This document shows, one piece after another, positions 1 through 12,000 of a stretch of DNA of 43,097 bases. The stretch covers positions 1-43,097 of the forward strand of contig FLMG01001518.1 in assembly GCA_900088475.1 (NCBI GenBank), written 5' to 3'. Position numbers and translations under genes: made by a program. The DNA comes from Hyphochytrium catenoides. Lineage: Eukaryota; Protista; Hyphochytriomycota. How positions within the stretch are numbered: position 1 is the stretch's first letter; each line of letters opens with the position of its first letter. The notes below the pieces were generated by a model. That model did no database searches, was not told the DNA's origin, and saw only the letters and a program-made list of their open reading frames with translations.

Positions 1-466
1 CGCACATTCCTGTTTTCAGACCCTTGACCTAAAGGCCAAGGGCACTAGTTCTTCCAATAACAGACGAAGACTCCTCAGACTTCGCAGCAGAAGAGCAGAG
101 ATTATTATGGAGACTAATAACGGACTATGGCCTGATGATCAGCAGAGTCGCCCATATCGTTGGGTTATCTGATGGTCACAAGGTTCTTACCGACTGCTTT
201 GGGTGGGACTAATCTCCATCTAGTGTCGTAGTAGTAGTAGGTGCGAGCAGGAGGTAGCCAAGAGGAGCCTTCTTATGAGCGCCAGATATCACTAGAGATA
301 GTAGTATAAACTGAGCGCCATGTGGTCTCTTCGTGCTCGCAAGCCCTTTTTCTATGGCGACCAACCTTTCAGACCAAAGAAGCTAGCTATCTATTATGCA
401 GCACAAGGACAGTGAGATGTGGGATGCGCTCGAACAAAAGAGTAAAGACCACAAGCAGCAGGCTAC

Positions 467-906
467 CTAACCTAAGACTTCGGCAAGAGGGTGACTGATG
501 CGAGGCGGAACCCTCACAAAGAGAGAGAGAGAAGCTCTGCATGCGCTGTTGAATATTTTGTCTGCCAGGCTCCTACCAATGTACAGCCTCAAAGTAACTC
601 CTGCAGGCAAAGCAAGAGCCCCCCGAGCTGGTTGTTGCCACTGCCATGGTTTGGACACCTTCAGCCTTCTACTACTATTCCTTCTTCGTGTGAAGCGGGT
701 GTTCACTTCTTCAATGCTTCTGCACTGCCGTCGCTTCTGCAACTTGCGATGACCCGAAATGGCAGCTTGGAAACCGCCCATCAAAAAGAAAGAATAGGTC
801 TCCGACAGGCTCATCCCCTCATCTTCCTACCTTTTGCTTGAGAGTGGTAGATTGCCCTTAAAGAAGAGGACCTTGAAGCGCGAAGAAGGAAAGTAGCGCG
901 CATCAT
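467..906 (-). CDS. Possible small spliced gene, hypothetical protein (3' end unresolved)
   Basis: ATG at 906 opens MMRATFLLRASRSSSLRAIYHSQAK (Arg/Ser-rich, targeting-peptide-like), followed by a GTAGG donor. It can be spliced in frame to ORF 467..814, which ends at a G|GTTAG donor. The upstream minus-strand CT tract fits transcription on -. No recognisable domain. Confidence 0.25.
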
Positions 907-1059
907 GTCGTCACCTCGTCATCGCTGCCGTTCGTCGGCCGTGGCTTCTTTCTGTCTTACTTTGTTGTTACTCCCTGTCAAACTTCCAACAACGAGGAAG
1001 TCTGAAAGAATGTCAGGAAGTGGAAGATCAGGGAACCAGGAAAAGAAGAGTGAGAATGT

Positions 1060-1070
1060 GAGAGAGAGAA

Positions 1071-1116
<46 letters not shown>
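1060..1116. repeat. (GA)n microsatellite
   Basis: Interrupted GA dinucleotide run, seen directly. Confidence 0.95.
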
Positions 1117-1121
<5 letters not shown>

Positions 1122-1986
1122 GGTGTCCAAGATCTTTGTAGTCAAGCGGCATAAACCTTCAAATAGAGTATCCTATAGCGCTCCCTATTATTACGCACTC
1201 AAGCCGGTATGCCATATAACCTTGATTGATTATTACTGCTCAAGGTTCTGTTTGCGTGGGTTTGAGGTCTACCTGTGTTTGATTACTTCAGGCAAGTTAA
1301 TTGAGCATAGACAAGGTTACTGGGTTTGCGATTTGATGTGGGTTTGACTTCCCGCCTCCTCTTCCTTGTTGAACATCAAGAAGCAGGAAGCCAAAGAACA
1401 CGAGAAACCAACGAAAACATCTCTTTCACATTCTGGCTCCCTCCATTCATACCTCCTTAACATCATATTCACTTCAATCCTTTCTAGTTCTTACTCTGTC
1501 TCGTAGATACCTTCATCTCTCCCGACTCGTATTGTCCCCTCTTGTTGTCCCTGCCTCTTGCCGTTTTGGCATGGCGAGCAGTGAACCTCTCTCCCCTTCG
1601 TGCAGCGGAAGGGAAGTGATGAGAGCTGCAGATCTTCACATCTCAGCAGCAAACGGAGAGAGACCACGTCTTCACAGACAAGGGCAAGAAGTAGAGAAGA
1701 GAGACACGCGCGCACACCGCTCAGTCCTTTCGCGGGAGAACCGACACTAGACGCCTTGGATACACTGGCCGTTTGGATATACTGGGCCGCTAGTACATTG
1801 GTGGTCAGCGTTGCCATTGCTATTTAGCAAAAAACGCTCTTCTCTTCCCTCAAGACAACATCTCCTGTCACGGTGGCAGCAGCTTTAGTCTCCATAGGAG
1901 GAGGCGTGCTCTCCCTCTCTGTCTGTTTGCTTCTTTTGCGCCAGTTCCCTCTACCACGTCAGAGTAGAAAGTAACATCTACCGAAG

Positions 1987-2869
1987 ATGACGATGCAGAT
2001 TTTCGCGTCATCGGTAAGACGACCGATTCAGGATAGAGAGAGACACAAGCAACTGATCCGTCTTCTTCTAGGCTGTCTCTTTGTATTCCTTGCTATTCTT
2101 GCAGCCTCCTTGTCAGGCGTCCGAGGTGTCTCTTCCCTCTTAACCAGAAATGACATCCCCTTCCATGTCAAAACCTCTGCACGTCTCTCAGTCCTGCATT
2201 GGAACCCTCGTCCCTAAAGGAGCCAATCTGGCTTTTTCTTATTGCCTGCTTCTCAGCCTGATGGAAGAGTCCTTACAATTGATACCGACGTGCGAGAGAC
2301 CGTAAGCGACGTGAGAGAGAAAATATTGTCAAAGATCAACGAAAGGGAAGAGGAGAGTGTGGGTGGGTTCCTGCTAAGTTGTTCAGGTGAGTTATTCTCA
2401 CAGCACAGCCCTCAGGCCTTTTGATCGCCTTGGGCCGGTCGGCTGTGCGTTGGTGTGCTCTTACGATGTCCGCGCTTCTCTCTTCCTTCCCTCGCAATTT
2501 AAACGTTGTGCTCCAAAGTACAGACTCTCTACATTCCTGTTTCTGACTTTAGATCTCCCTCGTAACTCCATCTAATGCTCTCTGATCGCGCTTCCTCCCT
2601 ATGCAGCTCAGAATAGTTCAAGACTTCGTCTGATTTATGCTGGAAAGCCACTAAGGGATGAACAACAGTTAGCCGAAGTTGGAGTGCAACCAAACAGCAC
2701 TCTCTACATCTTAGGCAAAAGGCCAGGAGGCTGCTTTATTTTCAGCATTTCTATCCTCCTCCTTATCCTCATCGCACTACTTCTTTCAACCTGCACCTGC
2801 GGGCTTAGTTTGGGCATCATCCCTTTCCTCCTTCCGCTTCTATTCATTCTTCCCTGCTTCTTCCTTTGA
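1987..2869 (+). CDS. Ubiquitin-like protein with internal di-Gly, 45-aa hydrophobic C-terminal extension and CaaX end (139 aa)
   Basis: Exons 1987-2013, 2257-2386 and 2607-2869, all GT-AG with matching phases (420 nt). Product: MTMQIFASSPDGRVLTIDTDVRETVSDVREKI...RLRLIYAGKPLRDEQQLAEVGVQPNSTLYILGKRPGG-CFIFSISILLLILIALLLSTCTCGLSLGIIPFLLPLLFILPCFFL*. It matches ubiquitin motifs MQIF, RLIFAGK.L.D and STL..V.RLRGG. Confidence 0.88.
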
Positions 2870-3456
2870 TCTTGACAGCCAAGAGTCACGAGTTTGCCAA
2901 GACACATTCTGTCACAGGAAGATGACATCGCGGCTTCTTCCTGCTGCAGAGCCATCCCTATGATCCAAGACTTCCCCTGTCTCTGAGCCTCTTTCTCTAT
3001 GTATTGCTTTGGATTTATCCGTTGAGCCCACTGAGGGGATCACTTCTTTGGCTCATGCTCTCTCTTGTTATCTTCTTCTCCGCGCTGTATTATCTTTGTT
3101 GAGCCTGGGCTATCTTACCTTAGATGGTGGGTGCAAGTGGCTCTCCTCGGCGGAGTGAGCACAGGTCGCTGGTATCGTCTCTTCCGCGGGCAGCCTCCTC
3201 TCCTTATTACAGCCCGTTTCCTCCGTCCCATTCCGTTCGCTGCTGTGTGCCTCTTTCCTTTTACATAGCTGAGCTTATAAAGTACTGAACGAAGCGTCAG
3301 AAGCTGTTACCTGAGTTGGCCTTGGTTGTTATTTATTGCATATCCGTGCTCCCATTTTCTTCCATGTAGGCGAATATTGATAGTTATATGAGGAATCTGT
3401 CTATCATGGATGGCAAATAGCGGCTAACGTCAAACATGCAGCCGAATATCTTGCGC

Positions 3457-3458
<2 letters not shown>

Positions 3459-3495
<37 letters not shown>

Positions 3496-3499
3496 NNNN
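3459..3499. repeat. (TC)n microsatellite ending in a 4-N assembly ambiguity (3496-3499)
   Basis: Seen directly. Confidence 0.95.
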
Positions 3500-3591
3500 C
3501 TTCTCTCCACTCTCTCCCTGCTTTTGCTCTTTCTTCCTTGCTCTCTCTCGCTCTCTTGTCATCAAGATCTGGTCCGTTTTATGCCGACATG

Positions 3592-3623
3592 CTACAACCT
3601 TGTGCTCTACAACCTTGTGCTCT
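3592..3623. repeat. 15-nt perfect tandem duplication (ctacaaccttgtgct x2)
   Basis: Seen directly, upstream of the EH gene start. Confidence 0.9.
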
Positions 3624-3752
3624 GTCAGCTCCTGGCTGGGGAGAAAAAGTCATCGTCTGCACATCTGAGATGCTAGGAAGTCAAGTTCTTGCCTTGGGAC
3701 GGACGCTCTAGGGCAAATTGATCGCGCCATCGATCGACTTGAAGAGTGCAGA

Positions 3753-5787
3753 ATGGCAGGTAGAGAGGATATACTCTGTCTCTGTGCGTGTCTATCTGTC
3801 TCCTCCTCTTTCACTCTCTCGTGTCTGCCACCGTCCCTTCTGACCCTTCGGCATCCAGCCAGCCTCTACAGAGGTTTTCACCTTCAACCCTATCATCCTT
3901 TCTCTGGTCCGTACCGCTGTCACACTTAGGAATCTAAGTGCTCATTCTTTTCCTCTCTCTCTCTCTCATCCTCTCCGCTCGTGGGTGCCTCTTGTCCAGC
4001 CTACAGCCCTGAGTCCAAGGAGGAAAGAGAGTACTATGATCTTCTCTTCTGCGTAGCAGACGAGGATGGTCAGGAGAGACTCCATGGACAGGCGGCAGTG
4101 ACGTTCTTTCAGAAGTCGGGGTTGCCGGTGGAAGACTTGAAGCAAGTAAGCTTTCCTCTTCTCCCCTTGTTTTGCCCTTACCTTGGCTTGCCGGCGGACT
4201 TTTTCCTTCACGTGGCAGCTGTGTCTCCTTCGATATGACTCCTTAGCCTGCGAAGCAGAGAGGAAGGGTCCCACCACTTGCACTCTAAACACGTCTACAC
4301 CCCTTACTCTCTCTTCTCCTTCTTCCATCCACCTTTCTCTCTTCGTGCTTCCGTCTCTAACTTCATCCTCTCTCCCTGATTGCCTAAGAGCCCTCTCCAT
4401 ATTGCCTTTCTCTTGCCCTCTTTCTCTCCCTCCCTCTCTCTCTTCATCTGTCTGGCCTTGCTTAGCGTCATCCTTGCTTTACGTTTGCCCTGTCCTTTTC
4501 CTTGCCTTGCCCTGCCCTGTAGTCTGCCTTGCGTTGTGTCTCTTAAGGTGCCAGGTTATCTCATTCCCACTTAGCCTCTTACTCACTCTTGCGCCGCCGT
4601 TTTCTTCTTTCCTTTCTCCCTTAGATTTGGGACCTCTCAGACCGAGATGGAAAGGGATTTCTTACTCGAGACGAGTTCTACCTTTCCATGCGCCTCATCT
4701 CTCTGCGTCAAGCCGGCTTGGACCTCTCAGACTCCACTCCCACGCCTCTTGCAAAGCTTGAGGGATGCCCGGATCCTCCCCCACTGCCCTCCATTCCCTC
4801 TGACGTGTGGGAGGTCGCAGAAGAGCAGATTGCCAAGTATGAGCAAGCGTTTAAGACTCTAGATAGCGATGGAGACGGCTTCGTGATGGGAGGAGAGGCA
4901 GTCCCAGTGTTTAAGCTGTCAGGGCTTCCTCGAGAGGTGAGGGAACCATGTATTCTGTCGTCTTCTGCCTCTCTTCCTGCTTGACCCTGCTCGGCTGACG
5001 TTCTAAGTTGGGCACGGCCCAGATGCTCTTCCTCTCTATCGCCCTCTCGTTTTACCTCTCTTCAATTTATGTCGTAGAACTTCGTCTGGCTCAGTTTTTC
5101 AATTTCTCTGTCCCCGTCCACTCTCGGTTGGTTCTCCTATCTTGTCTCCTTCTCTTCCTCATGGGCTCTCCATACGTGACAACATCAACGTTTAGCTTCT
5201 CTCACTTGTCTCTCTCTCTCTCAGTATGTCTCTCTTCCTCTGGCTCTCTGTTCCTCACTCTCTATCTATCACTATGTCTCCTTCTTTCTCATTCCCTCTT
5301 TCTTTTCTCTTTATGACTCTCACTCTTCCTTCTGTTTTGGCTATACGCCGCACGACCTCTTTACTCTCTCTGCAGACACTGAAGAGCATCTGGTCTGTTT
5401 GCGATCGAGGCAACAAGGGGAAGCTCGACGAGGAAGAGTTCCTCGTAGCTATGCAGCTCACTTACTACGCGAAGGGTGGCCGGCCTATACCTAGAGTCAT
5501 TCCGCTTTCTCTGATCGGTAAGGTTCCTCCTAGAATTGTTACTCTCTCTCTTGCTCTTTCTCTTTCTCCCTGTCTCTATCTTATGTGTAATGGCATCTTT
5601 CATTATCCGTCTTCTGATTGCTCTACGTCTCCCTGTGTATCTCTTTCCCTCTCTCTCCCTCTCTCTTTTACGCCCTCTCTCTCTCGTGATGGCCTTTTTC
5701 AAGTTGCTTAGACTCTGTCTGTCTGCAATTCGTGTCTCAATCTGGTTTCCCTATTAGGTGACATACCTCGCATTACACCCCTCAATG

Positions 5788-5824
<37 letters not shown>

Positions 5825-8800
5825 CTCCTCTTACTTTTTTCCTCTCTCTCCGTCTCCTGTGGCAAACCTGATGAAGACGCGATATCCAAACTACGTCCTG
5901 AGAAAAAGAAGGGAGAGAAGAATCAGGGTCAAAACAGTGATTTCGGAGATTTCTCTACTATGGGGAACCTCGCAACAGATGCTACGGGAGGCGTATCTCC
6001 TCCTCCTGCCGCCCTAACAGCCGATGATAACGCTTCTTTCTCCTCTTTTCCTTCTCTTCCTGCTTCGGCCTCTCTCTTAAGTGTCAAGAGTGACGCAAAT
6101 GATTTGTTGGCATTTTCACCTCCGCCACCTTCCTCTGGTTCTAAGCAAGAACCCACAGTCCCTTATCCTTCATTAGCTCCTGCTCCTGCTGCACCTTCTT
6201 CACTGTCTACAATGAGAAGTGATGGAAATGATCTCCTGGCCTTTCCTTCTCCTCCAGCCCCTTCGACCAAGTTAGATGCCTCCGCACCTCTTTCCTTCCA
6301 ACCTCCTTCTCTATCCTCTTCCACATCACTCGCTTCCCCTGCAGAGGCCTATCCTCCTAAAAGGATCAAGAAGGAAGCAGAAGGGGGAGATAGAGGACGA
6401 AATCTTCTCTTGGAAGAAGTAGATGCTTTAAGTGTGATTCTGGCCAATCAAGAGGATCTGCTGCCTCTGGCCTCTGCTGACAAGACAGAGGAGCTACGAG
6501 AGGGAGCAAAACGCACGCCCTGGCATAACTCAATGGAGAATATGGTTGACTTTATCGATGCAGAGGTAGGCGCCTAACTCTATGCATTAGGCAGCACCGA
6601 CTAAGTGAGAGGCGGAGGAATTCTCGAAGGGTCAAATGAGAGTAAATAGGGAAGACTGCAATAGAGAGAAAAAAGCAGGAGGAGAGAGAAACTCACGATC
6701 AAGCACCCGTTTGCCGAAGAGGGAGATAATAGGCAAGCTAGAAACTAGTCGGTAGACTCTGTACAGCCCGTGCTCACATTGGCTTTCCTCTTCGCTGTCT
6801 GAACAGAAAGCAATACGAACGCAGACTCTCTCTTATATCAACGAGCTCCTCTCTACATCCCTTTCTTCTCTTTCTAGCCTCAAGAGGGAGCTTAAAGCAC
6901 AAGAGGAAGAGCTTTCAGATCTTCCATCGCTTGACAGTATGAGGGCGGAAAGAGAGACAATCATGCAACTCATTCAAAGAATCGCGGAAGACAGAGAAAA
7001 GAGAGTAGATAAGACAAGAGTAACAACCAAGAGAGCCGATGAGGGCGAGAAGCTTCTTTCAACGCTCACAGAACTCTTGGGACAACTCAAGGAGGAGCAG
7101 AGAAGCACCAGCGCCATGTACACTTCCGCCTTGACCAATAGTATCACACAGCGAGGGCAGCAGCAAGTAGAAGAGACATGGCAGCAGAAAGAGAAAGAAG
7201 CCCCAGTACCAAGAGCAGTCGGTTCAAAGGTAATGGGAACCGATATCTCGCTAGCTAGGTGGCCTTTAATGTCTCCAGTTAAGTTTCATATACCTCTCAA
7301 CGCTAACGCTCTTGCCTGCTGCTCTCCTATGCGTAGGGGTCGGAAGCTTCTATCTTTGATAGCGCTTTTAGCTTTCCAAATTCTGCTAGTGCTGCTTCTT
7401 CGGGCTTCTCAGTGGACAAAGCCCAGAGCAGCAGCATTGATAAGAGTTCAGAAAAGATGGAATTCTTTGCCATGTCTTCAGCTTCGCCTCCCTCGGTTCC
7501 CAACTCATCCTCCCAATCCACAATCTCACCGGTCGCCGCACAGGATCAGGATCCATTCTCTTCTGGGGCACAGCAAAGAGTGGAAGTATTTACCACGATC
7601 CAGAACGGCACTGGTAGGCTTTCTGCCCCTTGTCCCTACGTGATACTAAGCAGCTTCTTTATTCCTGTCTCCCTTTTGGTTTCTCTTCTCTTCATTCTCT
7701 CTCTGTCTCTCGACCTTTCTCTCTCTCGTTCTCTCTCTCGCTCACTCTGTGTATTTGCTATTGCCATCTACCGTCGTACACGGTATCTATTGAAGTTTTT
7801 TTATGGTATCTTCCTTTTGCTGAGGGCCTCGGTACCATCCCGTTAACCTCTTTCTTCCAACCAGGCCCGCCATTCCCATCCACTAAGTTAATGGCTGTAG
7901 ATGCCTTTCCAGACTTCGATGACGCTTTTCCAGATGGAGCAGAAGATGACGCCTTTGCTGGGTTCAATGAACCGCCAACCTTTGGAGGCGTGGTCCCTGA
8001 AAAGGACGAGACAGAAAAGACGCCTGCACCAGCCTTTCTTCCTTTTCCCTCTCCCTCCATGGGAGAAACTTCATCTTCGTCATATGACAAAGAAAAGGGT
8101 CAGGAAACAGACTATGGCGTTCTAGCTTGTGGCTCCCTTCCATCTCCTGGCGCAGCTGGCTTTGCTAGCTTTGATGCTTTCCAGACTGATGAGCAACGTC
8201 TAGATAGACCGCCATCCGGTACCTCTACACAGGGTCCCTTCGCATCTGCGGCAGGTGAGTTGGAGACACTTAAGCAGCAAACTAATCCAATGTTGTCTTA
8301 GACTGGCTTATCGCGTGGATGTACTGAAACGCTCCCTGGTTCTGATGGCATGCATCTCCTTTTTCTGTTCTGACTCCCTACTTATTACTTTGAAACAATC
8401 GTCTTGATCTCTACCCCCTCTCTTCTTTTTTAATTGTAGGCCCTCTTCCTGTAGAAGGCTTTGCTGCCTTTGAAAGCACATCAGCCGCTTTCGAGCCCTC
8501 AATGACTGTCTCACCTGTCCCTACAGCTGGAGGTGATGGTGAGTGGCACGACATACGAGTAACGAAAATGAAGACTCTTTAGAGGGCCGGAAAGCGTAGT
8601 CGATGAGAATAGGGGCGTACACAGAAAAGAGAGAGAGGGTGACAAAAGAAAGAGCTGCGGACCAGTTAGAACCAGCCACGAGGTCAACGACTGATGCTCT
8701 CCCCTGCTATATAATGGTAGACTTCTTTGCAGGCTTCACTGCGAGCTCCGTGACAGGCCCCACCGTCAGCAACGAAGACGCGGGCTCAAAAGAGAAAGGA

Positions 8801-8839
8801 GACGAGAGCCTAGCACCTTTCGAGGTCAACTGGAGTTAG
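3753..8839 (+). CDS. EH-domain (EF-hand) clathrin/AP accessory protein, Eps15/gamma-synergin-like
   Basis: About 10 exons: 3753-3759, 4000-4145, 4625-4936, 5376-5517, ~5877-6565, 6807-7229, 7337-~7613, ~7825-8254, ~8440-8538, 8721-8839. EH1: YYDLLF..AD.DG..RL.G..AV.FF.KSGLP.EDLKQ|IWDLSDRDGKGFLTRDEFYLSMRLI. EH2: YEQAFKTLDSDGDGFVMGGEAVPVFKLSGLPRE|TLKSIWSVCDRGNKGKLDEEEFLVAMQL. These are followed by a coiled coil and a disordered tail with DFGDF, DPF, DLL and FxxF motifs. Confidence 0.88.
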
Positions 8840-9070
8840 AGAAGCATGATGCTTGCTTGCGATGTATTATTTTGGACAATGCATTTACAATCCCAACTTA
8901 TAAGGCCGGTAGAGTGGGATAAGTTTGTGAGGCGAGACGGCTTTCGCGGCCCTCTAACCCTGAGGCTTCTAGGAGGAGAATGGTGGAAGAGGGTGGAGAT
9001 AAAGGAGGAGAAGAGGTTCAATTGAGGAGCCCACTATTCCTCGTAGGGCTAACCAACGGTTCTCCTTAGT

Positions 9071-12000
9071 CTATAGCTCCACATCGGTGTAGAACCTGAC
9101 CGTGCTGTCATAAGACGCCGATAGAAGCTGCGGGAATTTGGGGCTGAACTCCACGGCAGCAACTGTGTCGGTATGCCCTGAGAGACGCTGCAGCAATGAG
9201 CCTGTCCGCATGTCATACAGGCAAGCCGCTTTGTCTTCTGAACCTGAAGGCCAAATTAGGACGGACAACAGAGTCAGAATAGTTGTCTTAGCCACTTTTT
9301 ACAAAGACTCCCTTGCTCGGAGTAATTCACTAGACTTAGCGTTGAGATTACCCAGCCAAGGTTAGGACGCCGTGGTATTCGCTCTTACTCAACTGCGCGA
9401 GGTGGCATTTACCTGTGGCAATGTATCTTCTACATGGGCTAAAGCTCACGCCAATACGGTGTACTCTGTTACTATGACCGCTAAACTGTGCCGCTGCTTT
9501 CCGAGAGCGAAGGTCCCAAAGCTTCACAGTCCCATCGAGGGCCGATGATAAGAACCTGTCTTCTTCTCCGGGGGAAGGAGAGGAGTACTGAGAGGGAGAT
9601 GGAAGTCTAACCGTGTGGATGGCCCTAGAGTGTGTTTCTCTCTCTTCAAAGGAGTGGATAACCTGTTGCGTGTTGACATCTAATAGCTTGATTGTCTTAT
9701 TGCTGCACGAGAGGACCACAAGATGGGAGAGGAAGGAAGATATACAGTCGAAGGAGGTGATGCTTTGAGCGTCGGAGGGAGAGAACTCTGCCACCGCTTT
9801 ATATCGACTGTTATTGGCCAGTCGATTGAGGTCATCCTTGGGCGTCTGATGAGAGAAAGACAAAAGGAAAGAGAGCGTGAGGGCACTAAGTGACTGAAGG
9901 AGAAGGCCAGGAAGGCACCTTGATTCTTACGCCTCACCTGGTCCACTTGATATTTATACATAAAGATAGACTTTCCGCTTGCCAGGAGTATGAATCTGTC
10001 CAAGTAGAAAAAGGAGCCATCCACGACCTCTGCGTTGTAGGGAGGGTTGGCCTTGTTTTTCACAGCCTTAGAGGACCGGCGACCGCTCTCCGTTGAAGCA
10101 GCTAGGGTCAAACAATCAGCAACGTGACCGAGCTGAGCGCTGTATGTTTTCCTTTTTCCCTTTCTCCTCCTACGCCGTCCCATACCATACATCTCTCCCT
10201 TTTCTCGGTTTCTGTGCCGACAAGTAAACACCATACGTGGCATCTCTCCATCTGCTTCCTTCCCTTTCTCAGAGAATAATCTTTCATTCACCTTTATTTG
10301 AAAGAGAAGTAGTTTTAGCATCCTTGGCCAATGCGGGCATTGAGATGGCTGGGGGCTCGTTCTTTATCCTGAGGACCAAAGGCAAATACTTAACGCTCAG
10401 GTTATCACGGAGAATACGTTCTTCAAGGAAAGAGGCTAATCAGAATGGAGCTGGACAGAGAAGCTCTCAAATTGCCGAGCTTCAACTAAACGAGACCGCG
10501 TACTGAATGAGGGACAGACCCTCAAGAGGAGGCTAGGACAAGTAGAAGAAAAAAGAAAGAACAGGAAATGTCCTAACTTATGGGCGAAGACCAAAGGTGA
10601 GTCTGCTCGACCAGCAATCCAGAGACGGGCTGTGCCATCTGAGGACGTACTGAGCAGCGTATTATTGCTATGGCTCCAGCGAACAGTGTTTACCTAGTGT
10701 ACGCGGGACATCGAGAAGCAGAGACAAGAGTCCATCTAAGTTGAGAGCTCTAACGACAGGAATAGAAATAGGGAGATAAGTAATAATCCGATGCAGCATG
10801 TTAGCGGTTATTGTTAAGTGCTTTATAAAAGCGAGAAGAAGAGCCATTTGGGGAGAAAGGACAGATGCAGAGCGACGGCTCCGTTCCTTAGCCGCCGTGC
10901 TTCACTTCCTGCATCTCACTTAATCGTCATAACATGAGGAGCCCCTTTTCTCTTACTCTGTTGGTGTGGCCGACATAAGTGGTCCCCTCGCCTTTTGACC
11001 TCGCCATCGGTAACCTGACGGTCCGGACCGTGTTATCAACGGAGCAAGTGGCGAGCACAGACGCATCCCTCGAGTAACAAGCCTGAAGAATAGGACCTAG
11101 CAAACCACGAGAGTAAGAAAGAGAAAGAGCAAAATTTCTGGAGAGGAAGAGCATCTCGCAAAAGAGAACAGACAACAAGATGGAGCTAATAAACATATAC
11201 GCAAGCTGCCCACTCTACGGTCAAAAAGCTACTATAGTAAAAACGAAATAAGTGTCAAAGGAGCGGTCCCTAAGGGTAGCGGAAAAGAGAGCGAGAACGG
11301 AGTCAGGGAGAGCGACAGACGGAAAGACCATAACAGGACAGAGAGAGAAGGAGAAAGAAGAAGAGAGCGAAAGAAGAAGAAAAAAGGATAGAGGCCTGTT
11401 ACAGAGACAGAGTAGCGAGGCAGAGGGCGTGTGTGTGAGACAGAGATGAGGCTCACCAGAGTGCAAGCTTCCCTTAGGGAGATTATTCTTGCTCTGTGCA
11501 TAGCGCAGTAGCCCACAGTTCATTGGATACTGGTGCTCCAAACTGTCGAGAGGATCCTCCTTGCCCTGGTTACCCTGCTGGTTATTGTTGCCTTGGGTCT
11601 GATTCCCTGATCCCCGTTTTCTTGGTGGCTTCTTAGCCTTTGCACCTCCTAGAGGTACAGGAGGTGGGCCTGGTGTACCGATGGACGTGAATATGAGAAG
11701 CTGGAAGAAGAGGCAGACGATGTTCCTCTCTCAGGCTTTGACTCTGGTCCGGCTTTTCTCTCCTGTCCACATTCTCTTCCTTCAACTCTCCCCTTCACAT
11801 CTATTACATGTCACACCACTTCACGTAAGGTTTTTATCCTCTGGCTTCGCGTTATTTCCTTCCTTGCTGTCTATGCCTATTATCGGCTCGACCTCTACCC
11901 TCGGCCACTATCCTCAATCCAATTTCTTCTTTGAGGCCTGTGTACAGGGTGCATTCCCTCTGTCAACAATAGGGATAGAGATACCTGCTCCATAGCCAGA

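Noticed and set aside
1491-1827. Short overlapping ORFs upstream of the Ubl gene
   Set aside because: No domain, no convincing splice link, and mostly non-ATG starts; probably UTR or intergenic.
6566-6590. Apparent 25-nt micro-intron (gtaggcgcctaac...ttag) in the EH gene
   Set aside because: A normal intron 6566-6806 restores the frame with a sensible helical sequence, so the micro-intron is unnecessary.
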